This document shows positions 1 to 8,630 of a stretch of DNA of 64,000 bases, in pieces. The notes under the pieces are model-generated. The model worked only from the letters and a program-made list of their open reading frames with translations, searched no databases and was not told the DNA's origin. Source of the stretch: a virus. Its lineage: Duplodnaviria > Heunggongvirae > Uroviricota > Caudoviricetes. How positions within the stretch are numbered: the stretch's first letter is position 1; the number at the start of each line of letters is the position of its first letter. The stretch lies in IMG/VR virus record IMGVR_UViG_3300003310_000099, positions 170,295-234,294 of that record; one strand, 5' to 3'. The position numbers were made by a program, and so were the translations under genes.

Positions 1-43
1 CACAAAGCTTTTGTATACTACGAAAGAATGCGGAGAGACTTAA

Positions 44-826
44 ATGAATCGTAGAGATTTCCTCAAAGCTGGTGCTGCCGCCTCTGTTGCTGGTGTATTG
101 CCTGCCAATGCTAAGCCATCAATAGACACGCCTGAAGTACGCAAAGCTTGGGACTTGGCAACTGGTAGAATGGAACGGTATCAAGAATACCGAACCATTA
201 TGAACGATAATTTTGAATTGAATGATAAGATTCAAAAGATCGCTGGTGAGGCTGCAAAGCGAGTTGGTGAGTGTCCAAGCGGGGATATGCTCACCCTAAA
301 TGATATCTTGAATTCTGGTTTGAAGCGCGGCGAAATGTATACATGGGTAGGCGGGAAATCTAACGCCTATATGAAAAATCTCTATCGTGCCTATAACCTT
401 GCCGTACATGGCGACGGTTTCTACGAATTGATCTACAATGCTGACTATCCTTTTGATACACTGATTCGTCGTCCAGTTCTTTCTCAAGAACTTCCTGCGG
501 ATACGGTATATCGTATTGAAACCACCAAGGGTAAGTTGGTAGAATTCCAGCAATCCAAAACTGGTCCAGATTACGCTGCACTTTCCCAGCCATTAGAAGG
601 GACTGACCCAAGGCTAATGTTGATTAATAATTCAACAGCCATTAGATTCCGCCCAGACCAAATCTATCATTTGAGAATTGGCCCACCAATCTTCCAACCT
701 TATGGCACTTCTTTACTTGAAGTCGTAAGGAAGAACCCTGATGCAAAGATTGGTGAAGGTGCTATCGAGAACTTCATGATGGTATTTGAAAAAGGTATGC
801 AGGATTTGAGAGAGTTGTGCAAATGA
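44..826 (+). CDS. Chimeric protein: twin-arginine (Tat)-like N-terminus plus T4-type portal (gp20)-like internal fragment
   Basis: N-terminus MNRRDFLKAGAAASVAG. The C-terminal half (HGDGFYELI..LPADTVYRIETTKGKLVEFQQSK.GPDY..AIRFRPDQIYHLRIG..PYGTSLLE) resembles the middle of large-phage portal proteins. At 260 aa it is far too short for a full portal. Confidence 0.55.
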   Translation: MNRRDFLKAGAAASVAGVLPANAKPSIDTPEVRKAWDLATGRMERYQEYRTIMNDNFELNDKIQKIAGEAAKRVGECPSGDMLTLNDILNSGLKRGEMYTWVGGKSNAYMKNLYRAYNLAVHGDGFYELIYNADYPFDTLIRRPVLSQELPADTVYRIETTKGKLVEFQQSKTGPDYAALSQPLEGTDPRLMLINNSTAIRFRPDQIYHLRIGPPIFQPYGTSLLEVVRKNPDAKIGEGAIENFMMVFEKGMQDLRELCK

Positions 827-1248
827 CACCTTGCCAAAAAATCAAACGTGATATTCTGCTTATCGTCCAGGGACTAGGTGCTGCTTCCGATGCTTCGGCA
901 AGAGAAAAAGCACTTATTGCATCCCTTGATGCAGGTATCACTGCCGAGACAGTTGACAACCAATATAATGAATTGGTTGAATTGAAACTGCATTGGGATT
1001 ATGAATATGAGTTCAGGGAAGGGCAAGTGGAAACCAAACTTCCCTGTGAATACTCACGTCATTATGAAGCAAAAGCAGTTGCTAGGAAGATGAGTGACGA
1101 TACTTGGGTTGGGTGGACTTATTGGTATGGTGGGGGTAAGCACGGGAACCCAGAAGGCGTTCCTTGGATGGAAGATGCTTATGACCTGGAACTTACAGAA
1201 ACTGAAAAACTGGTTGTGGTCCAAGAATTCAAACGAATCAATGATTAA
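823..1248 (+). CDS. Hypothetical phage protein
   Basis: ATGA overlap with the upstream stop; WVGWTYWYGGGKHG motif. Confidence 0.7.
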   Translation: MTPCQKIKRDILLIVQGLGAASDASAREKALIASLDAGITAETVDNQYNELVELKLHWDYEYEFREGQVETKLPCEYSRHYEAKAVARKMSDDTWVGWTYWYGGGKHGNPEGVPWMEDAYDLELTETEKLVVVQEFKRIND

Positions 1249-1450
1249 GCGTCCAAAATGTGGTCGTTGTAAAGGTCCACTTGATATCTGGCACGATCCA
1301 GATACGGGGATTACATTGAGTTGCAATAACTTGCAGGGACAGCACACTCCAGCTACAACAGACAAAGAATTTGAAGAAGAATTTAATAGTTTGCCAGGTG
1401 ATGATGTGGTTAAACTTGAAAAGTGGTATGGCCCAATAAGGATAGAATAA
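1241..1450 (+). CDS. Small hypothetical protein with CxxC
   Basis: ATG at 1241 overlapping the upstream gene; CGRC motif. Confidence 0.55.
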   Translation: MIKRPKCGRCKGPLDIWHDPDTGITLSCNNLQGQHTPATTDKEFEEEFNSLPGDDVVKLEKWYGPIRIE

Positions 1451-1644
1451 TGAAAATAGATGCTGAATGCACTTGGGGTGATGGGCCAGATGTTCTACTT
1501 TCCGTCTATAAAGATGGCAAAGTATATGAGCTTTTCGATTTAACTATTGAAGAAGCATTTGATTTGGCTTCCAGGTTGACGATGGCGGCACAATATGCAC
1601 GTCATCATGAAGAAACTGCGGAATGTATGACCCCGAAGCATTAG
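1450..1644 (+). CDS. Hypothetical protein
   Basis: TAATG coupling; the last 16 nt overlap tRNA-Lys. Confidence 0.55.
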   Translation: MKIDAECTWGDGPDVLLSVYKDGKVYELFDLTIEEAFDLASRLTMAAQYARHHEETAECMTPKH

Positions 1645-1700
1645 TGGTGATGCAATAGACTTTTAATCTATTGAATGGAGTTCGACTCTCCACGGGGTCA
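1629..1700 (+). tRNA. tRNA-Lys(UUU), CCA not encoded
   Basis: Acceptor GACCCCG/CGGGGTC, D-stem GCAT/ATGC, anticodon stem ATAGA/TCTAT with loop CT-TTT-AA, T-arm TGGAG-TTCGACT-CTCCA, discriminator A. Confidence 0.92.
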
Positions 1701-1703
1701 TTT

Positions 1704-1839
1704 GGAGTGTTAGCATAATGGCAATGCAGGCCCGCCTCACGAAGCGGGACGGATACTGTGGGCAGTGGGTTGATCGCCACAAGAAACGGTATAGATGGCG
1801 TGGCGACACGCCGAAGCTGGTTCGAGTCCAGCACCTCCA
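1704..1839 (+). ncRNA. tRNA-like RNA with an enlarged three-hairpin central region
   Basis: 5' GGAGTGT-TA-GCAT(AATGGCA)ATGC D-arm; 3' GCTGG-TTCGAGT-CCAGC T-arm followed by ACCTCCA. About 87 nt between the arms fold into CCCGC/GCGGG, ATACTGT/ACGGTAT and GGCGTG-GCGA-CACGCC stems. Confidence 0.7.
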
Positions 1840-1858
1840 CTAGAATAAAGGAGAATTT

Positions 1859-2062
1859 ATGAGTAGTCGTTATCCTGAAATTGATCTTATGGAACAAGTG
1901 ATCCGTGGATGTGTTTATGCATCATCTTTGAGAATGTTTTTCACTAGTATGCATAACGCATTCGCTCACGGAGAAATCTGCAAGGAAGTAAGCAGTGAAG
2001 ACCTAGCAGAGATGTTTAACCATTTTGAAAAGCTTATTGAAATAGGTAAGAAGTACGAGTAG
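1859..2062 (+). CDS. Hypothetical protein
   Basis: AAGGAG RBS, 67-aa ORF. Confidence 0.7.
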   Translation: MSSRYPEIDLMEQVIRGCVYASSLRMFFTSMHNAFAHGEICKEVSSEDLAEMFNHFEKLIEIGKKYE

Positions 2063-2093
2063 TTTCACACTTTACAACAGGGAGATTTTGAAA

Positions 2094-2294
2094 ATGGCGT
2101 GCAATCAGGAGCAAAGAGTAAGGGAACTGGCCTATCGAATCTGGGAACAGGCTGGCTACCCTTGCAGCGATGGAGTTGAGTTTTGGCTTCAAGCCGAAGC
2201 TGAGTTGTCAAATGTACAGCCAGCAAAGGCTGAAAAGACGGCAAAGACAACCCGAACTGCCGCAAAAGTCAGTGCTGGCAGCAAAAAGAAGTAA
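2094..2294 (+). CDS. DUF2934-domain protein
   Basis: RVRELAYRIWEQAG.P.....EFWLQAEAEL motif; basic Ala/Lys tail; GGAG RBS. Confidence 0.8.
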   Translation: MACNQEQRVRELAYRIWEQAGYPCSDGVEFWLQAEAELSNVQPAKAEKTAKTTRTAAKVSAGSKKK

Positions 2295-2311
2295 AAATCA
2301 GTCCAATTCTG

Positions 2312-2346
2312 GAAAAAGGACGCTCAAAAAGCGTCCTTTTTCTTTT
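2312..2346 (+). terminator. Rho-independent terminator (possibly bidirectional)
   Basis: GAAAAAGGACGCT/AGCGTCCTTTTTC stem followed by a T tract. Confidence 0.85.
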
Positions 2347-2620
2347 GATATTGCTATTGACTTGACATTTGACACTTTAGTAGTAAAATAAGAGTAGGGA
2401 ACATGTTATGTCTCTTACAAAAGGTGTCAAATGTACTACGAACCCGCAAAAACTGCTACAATGAGTCAGGAATACTATAAGAGGTTGCTTGAAGGTAGAT
2501 CAAAGCGACTTAATGAATTACTGGAAATTGCTGCTCCGCAAGAGATGATTTGTAAAGAGGTTATTCTAATAGTGCAAGCCGCAAGCTTACTGAGTCCTCA
2601 TACATTTAAATCTTGGAGTA

Positions 2621-3202
2621 ATGATAATGGAAAAGAACACGCAACAGCAGCAGGATAGGTTCTTATTTATTGGAACCGACGAACCAACAGCAAAGTCAGC
2701 ACCAGTCAAAGGCGTCAGCCCACCTATATTCTTAACTGACGTATATCCAACGTATTTTTGCCCCCGTGATGTTGAAAGATGGGGTATCATATCCGTAAAC
2801 TTAAAACATATTGGTATGCCTAGCCCATACCCCCATAATTCAAAACATAAATGGCAGAAATCCCTGGAAACATGTGGTCTATGTACATATCATCACCTAA
2901 TCCCACCAACCGCCATCGAAAAGGTGATGATATACACCCCCTATGGGAAACATAGCAATGACCTGATTACTGAACTGCTGTTGGCACAGCCAGACCCTCG
3001 CCAATTAACAACAAAAGAACATAAGTCCAAATATATGTTGAACTTATGTTTGACTAAATGGTTGAATGGTGAGGAAGTATTGGCGGAAGATTTCAGTGCT
3101 TATAAAGAAGCGGAATCAGTCCGAGATAAATTACATAATAAATCTGGACTGGATATCTACTACATTAGGGCAGAAGACAAGAAAAGAAGGAAGTCATCGT
3201 AA
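2621..3202 (+). CDS. Hypothetical protein, possible degenerate ADP-ribosyltransferase-like fold
   Basis: LFIGTDE..A..A..KGV.P.IFLTD.Y..YF and ..IPP.AI resemble the YHGT..I..GL.P..VYLT..IPP..I pattern, but the His is missing. Confidence 0.35.
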   Translation: MIMEKNTQQQQDRFLFIGTDEPTAKSAPVKGVSPPIFLTDVYPTYFCPRDVERWGIISVNLKHIGMPSPYPHNSKHKWQKSLETCGLCTYHHLIPPTAIEKVMIYTPYGKHSNDLITELLLAQPDPRQLTTKEHKSKYMLNLCLTKWLNGEEVLAEDFSAYKEAESVRDKLHNKSGLDIYYIRAEDKKRRKSS

Positions 3203-3498
3203 TGAACGAATATAAATGTGAGATTAAATGCAGTGCGCAGGAAAATGTAGGATTGAAATTGAAAGACTTGCCGCCGATGACTGTCTTTACTAGTTGTATA
3301 AATGGAAAACAGTATTTAAAATTGGGTGATCTTTCTGAGGTTTACTCATACTTTCGACTTGAAAATTATAAACCTACGGGAGTTGTCGATATTTACACAG
3401 GTAAAGTCGTGTTTCACAGTGATGACGTTCTTGTAATCCCACATAGAAGTACATTAACCATGCAGCGTGGTTAATAAAGTTAATAATAGGAAATCACA

Positions 3499-4017
3499 AT
3501 GAAAATTAGAATTATGGGGCAGACAGCTTTGAAGGAATTGATGAAAGCTGAGCCTAAGAAGCACGATGTACTGCATTATACAAATTCTGATGCAGCACCT
3601 ACTCAGGAAGTTAAGGATTTTGCCAATGATTGGTTTCATATCGCAGCAGATGATATAGACCATTATGGTTTTAAGATGCATTTCCCACCAACTGCCAAGA
3701 ACATAGCAGATGCCTTGGATTGGAGTAAGGGTAAGACGGAGCTAGTGGTGGCGTGTCATGCTGGCATTTCTCGTAGTTCAGCAACTGCATACCTTATTGC
3801 TGCCAGAGCATTAGGTTCAGAATGGGCTTTGGACATTCTCAAAAAGGGTTATCATTACCCGAATCGGTTGATTGTTTATATTGGGTCTAAATTGCTCAAG
3901 GATGATAAGATTTGGGAAAGGTTTGTTGGGTGGCAGAAGGAACATAATTACATGGACCCATCGCAAAATAATGCATGGCCAACTCAAGAAGTTAAGTCGC
4001 AAATTTATTGGCCATAA
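3499..4017 (+). CDS. Predicted protein tyrosine / dual-specificity phosphatase
   Basis: CX5R motif CHAGISRSSA; downstream PNRL motif. Confidence 0.85.
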   Translation: MKIRIMGQTALKELMKAEPKKHDVLHYTNSDAAPTQEVKDFANDWFHIAADDIDHYGFKMHFPPTAKNIADALDWSKGKTELVVACHAGISRSSATAYLIAARALGSEWALDILKKGYHYPNRLIVYIGSKLLKDDKIWERFVGWQKEHNYMDPSQNNAWPTQEVKSQIYWP

Positions 4018-4044
4018 TATATATAATAGAATAAAGGGGTATAG

Positions 4045-4878
4045 ATGCCATATTTTCAGAACGTAATTGGGGAAGAATTTAACCAAAGTTGGCCAATTGA
4101 CCAGTCTGCTATATTTAAGATAAATGCTAATCTTAATAATATCGCAGAAATGGTGTCGTTTCTTAGCGACCCGTATGACTTTTCAGTGGTCAATACTTTT
4201 ACTATTTATATTGCAATTGACCAAGACAAGCTGTTCTATCAGCCTATCTCAGTCAATGTCGCTGGTGCGGTTCCAGCAGCAACCAGAGCAGACGAAGTTG
4301 TTAATGCATTAAATGCCAATGCCTTGTTTGCCAATAGCTTTACCGCATACTTCCAGAACGCAACACAGGGTTCAAGTGGTAATGGTGGACCTTTCACTGT
4401 TCTTATTAGAGCAAAATTGCCAAGAGTGGCAATGAGATGCTATATTGACAATGCTGGTGCGGAGACGAAGCTACAGTTTAATAGAAGGGCACCTGTAAAG
4501 CAGTTGCCGACTTATTTCTCAAGATATACAATTGCTAACAGATTTAACTATCCAGAATCTAATGCACAGTTGATTGAGCTTGACCCGCTTGATCCAGTGG
4601 ATGCTGCAATTATTGTGAATGCGGGGCAGAATCCCTTAGTTGTGTTAGAAGATTGGGAACTGTTAAGGGGACGTTCCAATAATGAACTGTTCCGTAAGAT
4701 TACACAGGATGGCAGCAACAGGATTACTGAAATTATTGAATATTTTGCAGGAGCGGTTGCTGGTGATATGGCTGTCAAGTATCAATATGTTTATACTGGA
4801 TTGAACCTTGTGCCAGACCAGATTACTGAAGTTCCGTACACCTTGCAAACTGGCGATTTGGTAATTCCGCCTCCGTAA
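4045..4878 (+). CDS. Probable virion structural protein
   Basis: Asn/Ala/Thr/Gly-rich and Lys-poor; AT-rich TATATA element upstream. Confidence 0.5.
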   Translation: MPYFQNVIGEEFNQSWPIDQSAIFKINANLNNIAEMVSFLSDPYDFSVVNTFTIYIAIDQDKLFYQPISVNVAGAVPAATRADEVVNALNANALFANSFTAYFQNATQGSSGNGGPFTVLIRAKLPRVAMRCYIDNAGAETKLQFNRRAPVKQLPTYFSRYTIANRFNYPESNAQLIELDPLDPVDAAIIVNAGQNPLVVLEDWELLRGRSNNELFRKITQDGSNRITEIIEYFAGAVAGDMAVKYQYVYTGLNLVPDQITEVPYTLQTGDLVIPPP

Positions 4879-4880
4879 GC

Positions 4881-4909
4881 TTGACATTCTGTTGGTTTTG
4901 TACTATGAT
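4881..4909 (+). promoter_or_regulatory. Sigma70-type promoter upstream of the Pth2-like gene
   Basis: TTGACA-N17-TATGAT, followed by AAAGGAG RBS at about 4915-4921. Confidence 0.75.
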
Positions 4910-4928
4910 ATTGGAAAGGAGCATAAAA

Positions 4929-5261
4929 ATGGAACACTAGGTCACACCTTATCTGTATTGTTTCGTCAGGACAGACCTCTCTCTGCCTCAGCAGATTGTA
5001 CAGGCGTCTCATGCTTGTATAGAAGCCACTAAAGCATTTCTCCCAGAAAATTTAGAGCATCCCCATCTCGTAGTCCTTTCGGTTAAGGACCAGTCTTCAT
5101 TATTTAAAGTTGCAAAAAAACTCGACACTACGGGCGTTCGATATCGTATTTTTATCGAACCCGACCGTGGTGACGAGGCTACCGCGCTTTGTACTGAGGT
5201 CATATCTGGTGACGCTCGCCGCATCTTCAAAAACTATCAATGTATCAAGGAGTCAGCATGA
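4929..5261 (+). CDS. Pth2/PTRHD1-type peptidyl-tRNA hydrolase with in-frame TAG at codon 4 (readthrough gene or pseudogene)
   Basis: ATG GAA CAC TAG, then the open frame VTPYLYCFVRTDLSLPQQIVQASHACIE...HPHLVVLSVKD...FIEPDRGDEATALCT...FKNYQCIKESA*. The YxxVRxDL, QxxHA, VVL and EPD..TA motifs are typical of Pth2-like proteins. The stop overlaps the next ATG (ATGA). Absent from the ORF track. Confidence 0.8.
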
Positions 5262-5719
5262 AACTCTCATCTTATGAGGAGTTCCTTGTCCATGACAAAA
5301 CATGGAATGAGGAAGCTAGAACAGAAGCACTTAATAAATTTCCCTATACAGCAGTTGTAGAAGGATGTTACCCTGCGAACGATGTTGCTTATCGCTGGTG
5401 TTGGCAACAGTTTGGTCCACCAGAATGCAAACAATGTTATGATTATTCATCAGAATATCCAGCTTGCCCGATGGTTCTGGCTATAGAAGAATACATCATT
5501 AAAAAATCCTATACAGACAAAGAAGGCAAAGTTCATGAATATGATTACCATACCAGAGAACCAGAAAAACACGGTCATGAAGGCACCTGGACTACCGTTT
5601 GGCTCGGTAAGACAGGATATGATTATGGATTTACAGAGTATTATTTTTTGAACGAAAGTGACAGAGACAAATTCATAGCCACTGCACCTTCGTTCGATTT
5701 TGGAGAAAATTATGTATAA
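5258..5719 (+). CDS. Hypothetical protein
   Basis: AAGGAG RBS; ATGA-coupled to the Pth2-like gene. Confidence 0.7.
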   Translation: MKLSSYEEFLVHDKTWNEEARTEALNKFPYTAVVEGCYPANDVAYRWCWQQFGPPECKQCYDYSSEYPACPMVLAIEEYIIKKSYTDKEGKVHEYDYHTREPEKHGHEGTWTTVWLGKTGYDYGFTEYYFLNESDRDKFIATAPSFDFGENYV

Positions 5720-6434
5720 GGCAAAATTGATTGAAAATGTTCCCACCAAACCTGGCTGTTGGAATTACACCATGATTGGTATCTTCCAAGATGACAAACA
5801 GGTTGGCGAATATAAACGCAACTACCCAAGTTATGGGGAAGACACTTTCTGCCCGTTCATTGGTGCGGATGGCAAGTGGTATGCAGTATATTCAGAACAT
5901 TATACTGCTACTAGTCTTATGTCACTGCCTGATTGCAAAAAAATTGGTGGTGAAGAACCTGTCGGACACGGTTTCTGCCCAACAGGTTTCTATGTTGCCA
6001 GATATACAGATTCTATTTGGAAAGCAACACCTGAGAATGAATTGCACAAGTATCCAGAAGCTAATCATCACTGGTTGAAGGTAGATCGCCCAGAACGAGA
6101 TTATGAAGACTGCCCAGAGTGGGAATCTGAACTTAAAGCTTATGAAACGGACAGTGCCATTTATTTAGGTAATATCAAATACGATCTTAGACTTGGTTTT
6201 GTCATGGGCTGTATTTGGGGTGATGACACCTCTTGGAAACTGGAGCGTTTGGATTTGACTGAAGCCCACAATGGCATTCTAAAGCGTGAGGCTTCGTTTG
6301 GCTATTTGGAACTACCAGCGTTGCCATTGAAAGAATGCATAAGGGTTTACGGTGGTGAAAATTATTTTAATGTGGCTTTAACCAATGTTAAACATTTTTA
6401 CATGAGGGATGGAGTAATAAAAAATGACGACTAA
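5712..6434 (+). CDS. Hypothetical protein
   Basis: Long ORF with GGAG RBS. Confidence 0.7.
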   Translation: MYKAKLIENVPTKPGCWNYTMIGIFQDDKQVGEYKRNYPSYGEDTFCPFIGADGKWYAVYSEHYTATSLMSLPDCKKIGGEEPVGHGFCPTGFYVARYTDSIWKATPENELHKYPEANHHWLKVDRPERDYEDCPEWESELKAYETDSAIYLGNIKYDLRLGFVMGCIWGDDTSWKLERLDLTEAHNGILKREASFGYLELPALPLKECIRVYGGENYFNVALTNVKHFYMRDGVIKNDD

Positions 6435-6849
6435 AGTGGATTTAAGAGATTTACCAAAGATCAAGGTTAAATTTTTGTGGCACAATGACTGGTGGGATGG
6501 ACCATTGGCTGGAATGTGCGAGTATAAGGACGAGATGTATTGGTATGCTTTACATCATGAAAACTATAAGAAAAACGCCAAGTATTGGAGAAGGTATGTT
6601 GTTATTAAGTTGACGCCAGAGCAAATGGCTGAAGAGTTGAAATGGCATAATCTGTTTGTGGAGAAGGTGGGCGACCACTTCTGTTGTGATGAACGTGGTC
6701 ATAGAAATCGAGACGGAGTGAAACCACAACGTCTTTGGCATGAATTCTATGATGAATTCAATAAGGTTAAGGACACGTTGCGGGGTTATGAAGAAAACCA
6801 AGAGGCAGCGATTGGTTGGTTTGATTTGGGTGTTAGAACAACAATTTAA
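6424..6849 (+). CDS. Hypothetical protein
   Basis: ORF with RBS; WWDGPLAG motif. Confidence 0.65.
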   Translation: MTTKVDLRDLPKIKVKFLWHNDWWDGPLAGMCEYKDEMYWYALHHENYKKNAKYWRRYVVIKLTPEQMAEELKWHNLFVEKVGDHFCCDERGHRNRDGVKPQRLWHEFYDEFNKVKDTLRGYEENQEAAIGWFDLGVRTTI

Positions 6850-6861
6850 AGGAGAATTAAA

Positions 6862-7308
6862 ATGGCACACCAAGGAAAGTATGGTTGGTATCCTTGTGAT
6901 CTTGAAACTTATCACAAATTGAAAGCTATTAACTTAGCTTACGATCAGGCTATTCACAAGATGAAGGCTTGGGAGCGTTGGGAGCGGAAAGACCCTAAGA
7001 ATAGAGTCATCCGAAGGAAGTTAAAGGACTCTACAGGGCAAGTTGTCGGGTATGGGCTAGCGGAACCCATGTCAGAACCCGAAATTTGCCCTGTATTCTG
7101 TAAGAAAGTAGTCAAGAAGGTAAACTTCGACAAGGCGAATAATTACTATAAGGATGGTATTGAACGCACCTTTGTCGAGTTGGTAGAAGATTCTGTCTTT
7201 GACGATTACAGGAAGGCTCGTTATCCTGTTGCAGAGACAGAGGTTCAGCCATTGAGACTGAATTTGGCCGCAATTGACAGATTATATTTGGCTATTAAGA
7301 ATAGATAA
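6862..7308 (+). CDS. Hypothetical protein
   Basis: AAGGAG RBS, 148 aa. Confidence 0.7.
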   Translation: MAHQGKYGWYPCDLETYHKLKAINLAYDQAIHKMKAWERWERKDPKNRVIRRKLKDSTGQVVGYGLAEPMSEPEICPVFCKKVVKKVNFDKANNYYKDGIERTFVELVEDSVFDDYRKARYPVAETEVQPLRLNLAAIDRLYLAIKNR

Positions 7309-7342
7309 TTTACAAGGAAGGATTATGAGGCAAGGATGCCTC

Positions 7343-7561
7343 TTATTCTTTCTTTCGTAGGACATGAATCGTCTTTACTTCATAGCCCAATTTATCTAAT
7401 TCTTGACTAATTTTTGAAATGTCCCCCGTGCCCTGTGCTTTCTTATAAAGCTCTAAAAGTTTATCAGGACTTTTTGCAGCTGGAGGTACAGCAGGGCACA
7501 CTTTATCTATTTCAGTTTTCCCCAATAACCAATTCTTTAATGTCTCATTAATGTATTGCAT
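7343..7561 (-). CDS. Small hypothetical protein, divergent from the J-domain gene
   Basis: 72-aa ORF; ACTATATTTA just upstream on the minus strand. Confidence 0.5.
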   Translation of the reverse strand: MQYINETLKNWLLGKTEIDKVCPAVPPAAKSPDKLLELYKKAQGTGDISKISQELDKLGYEVKTIHVLRKKE

Positions 7562-7579
7562 ATCACTAAATATAGTAGT

Positions 7580-8026
7580 ATGGATTTCTATAAATTACTC
7601 GGCGTTGAAGTCAATGCCACCGAAGAACAGATCAAGCAAGCTTACAGAAAACGAGCGATGGAGAACCACCCAGACCGTAATCCAGGTGATAAAGAAGCTG
7701 AAAATAGATTTAAAGCAATTCAAGAAGCCTATGAGAATCTGATTGATGTTAATAAAAGAGCAAGATATAACGCTAAGGCCCCAACTCCACCTCATAAGAC
7801 CTATCACAAGGCACCACAAAGGAAAAGAGAAATATTTAGTTTCTATGATGCTCCACCTCCAGCTTTTGATATTTGGGGCAATCCACTAAGTAATACACAG
7901 AAAGAAGAATGGGCTAGGAACAACAGAGACAATATTGTTGAGGTACAAAACAAGAAGAAGAGTTTTAATTCTGGATTTGTTGATATATTTAGGTATGAAA
8001 ATGAAGGAGTTCCAGACATTAGATAG
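7580..8026 (+). CDS. J-domain (DnaJ-like) protein
   Basis: [54 protein letters not shown], with the HPD motif. Confidence 0.92.
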   Translation: MDFYKLLGVEVNATEEQIKQAYRKRAMENHPDRNPGDKEAENRFKAIQEAYENLIDVNKRARYNAKAPTPPHKTYHKAPQRKREIFSFYDAPPPAFDIWGNPLSNTQKEEWARNNRDNIVEVQNKKKSFNSGFVDIFRYENEGVPDIR

Positions 8027-8047
8027 TATATAAATTAAGGGGCATAC

Positions 8048-8611
8048 ATGGCAAATATTCGTATAATAGGAAACGTTTCTGGAAAAACAACTCAAGTCAA
8101 AGATGCAGACATTGGTTTGTTAGGTGGTATTGATTCAGGCAGCACTCTTAGTGTTGGTGCAACAACCGCAACTGTACTTACCATAGCCAATGGTGTGATT
8201 TCAGTAACAGCCAATGGCGTTTGGACATTCACGAATGGTTTGAATGCGAATGTTTTGCAAAGTTCGTCTACATTCACTTGTCCCTCTGGCGTTGCGGTCA
8301 GAGATGTGGTATACTTAACTGGTAGTCTTGCCGTAGACCAAGCTGACGCATCTGCCGAAGCAACCGTGCCAGCAATAGGTTTTGTTAAAACTAAGCCAAC
8401 TGCAACTACTTGTATTTTGCAGTATTATGGGGAACTTGGTGGCTTTGTTGGATTGACTCCAGGTTCGAAGTATTATCTATCACTAACTTCAGGCGGCATT
8501 ACAACCACTGCTCCAAGTGGTTCGACGGAAGTTGTTCAACAGGTTGGTGTTGCGATAAGTTCTACGATTTTGTTGGTCAAGGTGGACAATTACTATCAAG
8601 TGGTGCCATAA
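8048..8611 (+). CDS. Probable virion structural / decoration protein
   Basis: Thr/Gly/Val-rich; the C-terminal domain is paralogous to those of 43319..44128 and 40819..42306. Confidence 0.65.
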   Translation: MANIRIIGNVSGKTTQVKDADIGLLGGIDSGSTLSVGATTATVLTIANGVISVTANGVWTFTNGLNANVLQSSSTFTCPSGVAVRDVVYLTGSLAVDQADASAEATVPAIGFVKTKPTATTCILQYYGELGGFVGLTPGSKYYLSLTSGGITTTAPSGSTEVVQQVGVAISSTILLVKVDNYYQVVP

Positions 8612-8630
8612 TTAACTATAATAGCAAGTC

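Noticed and set aside
1704-1842. tmRNA or amber-suppressor tRNA
   Set aside because: It is too short, has a true D-stem, lacks G3:U70 and a tag ORF, and has no CUA anticodon loop.
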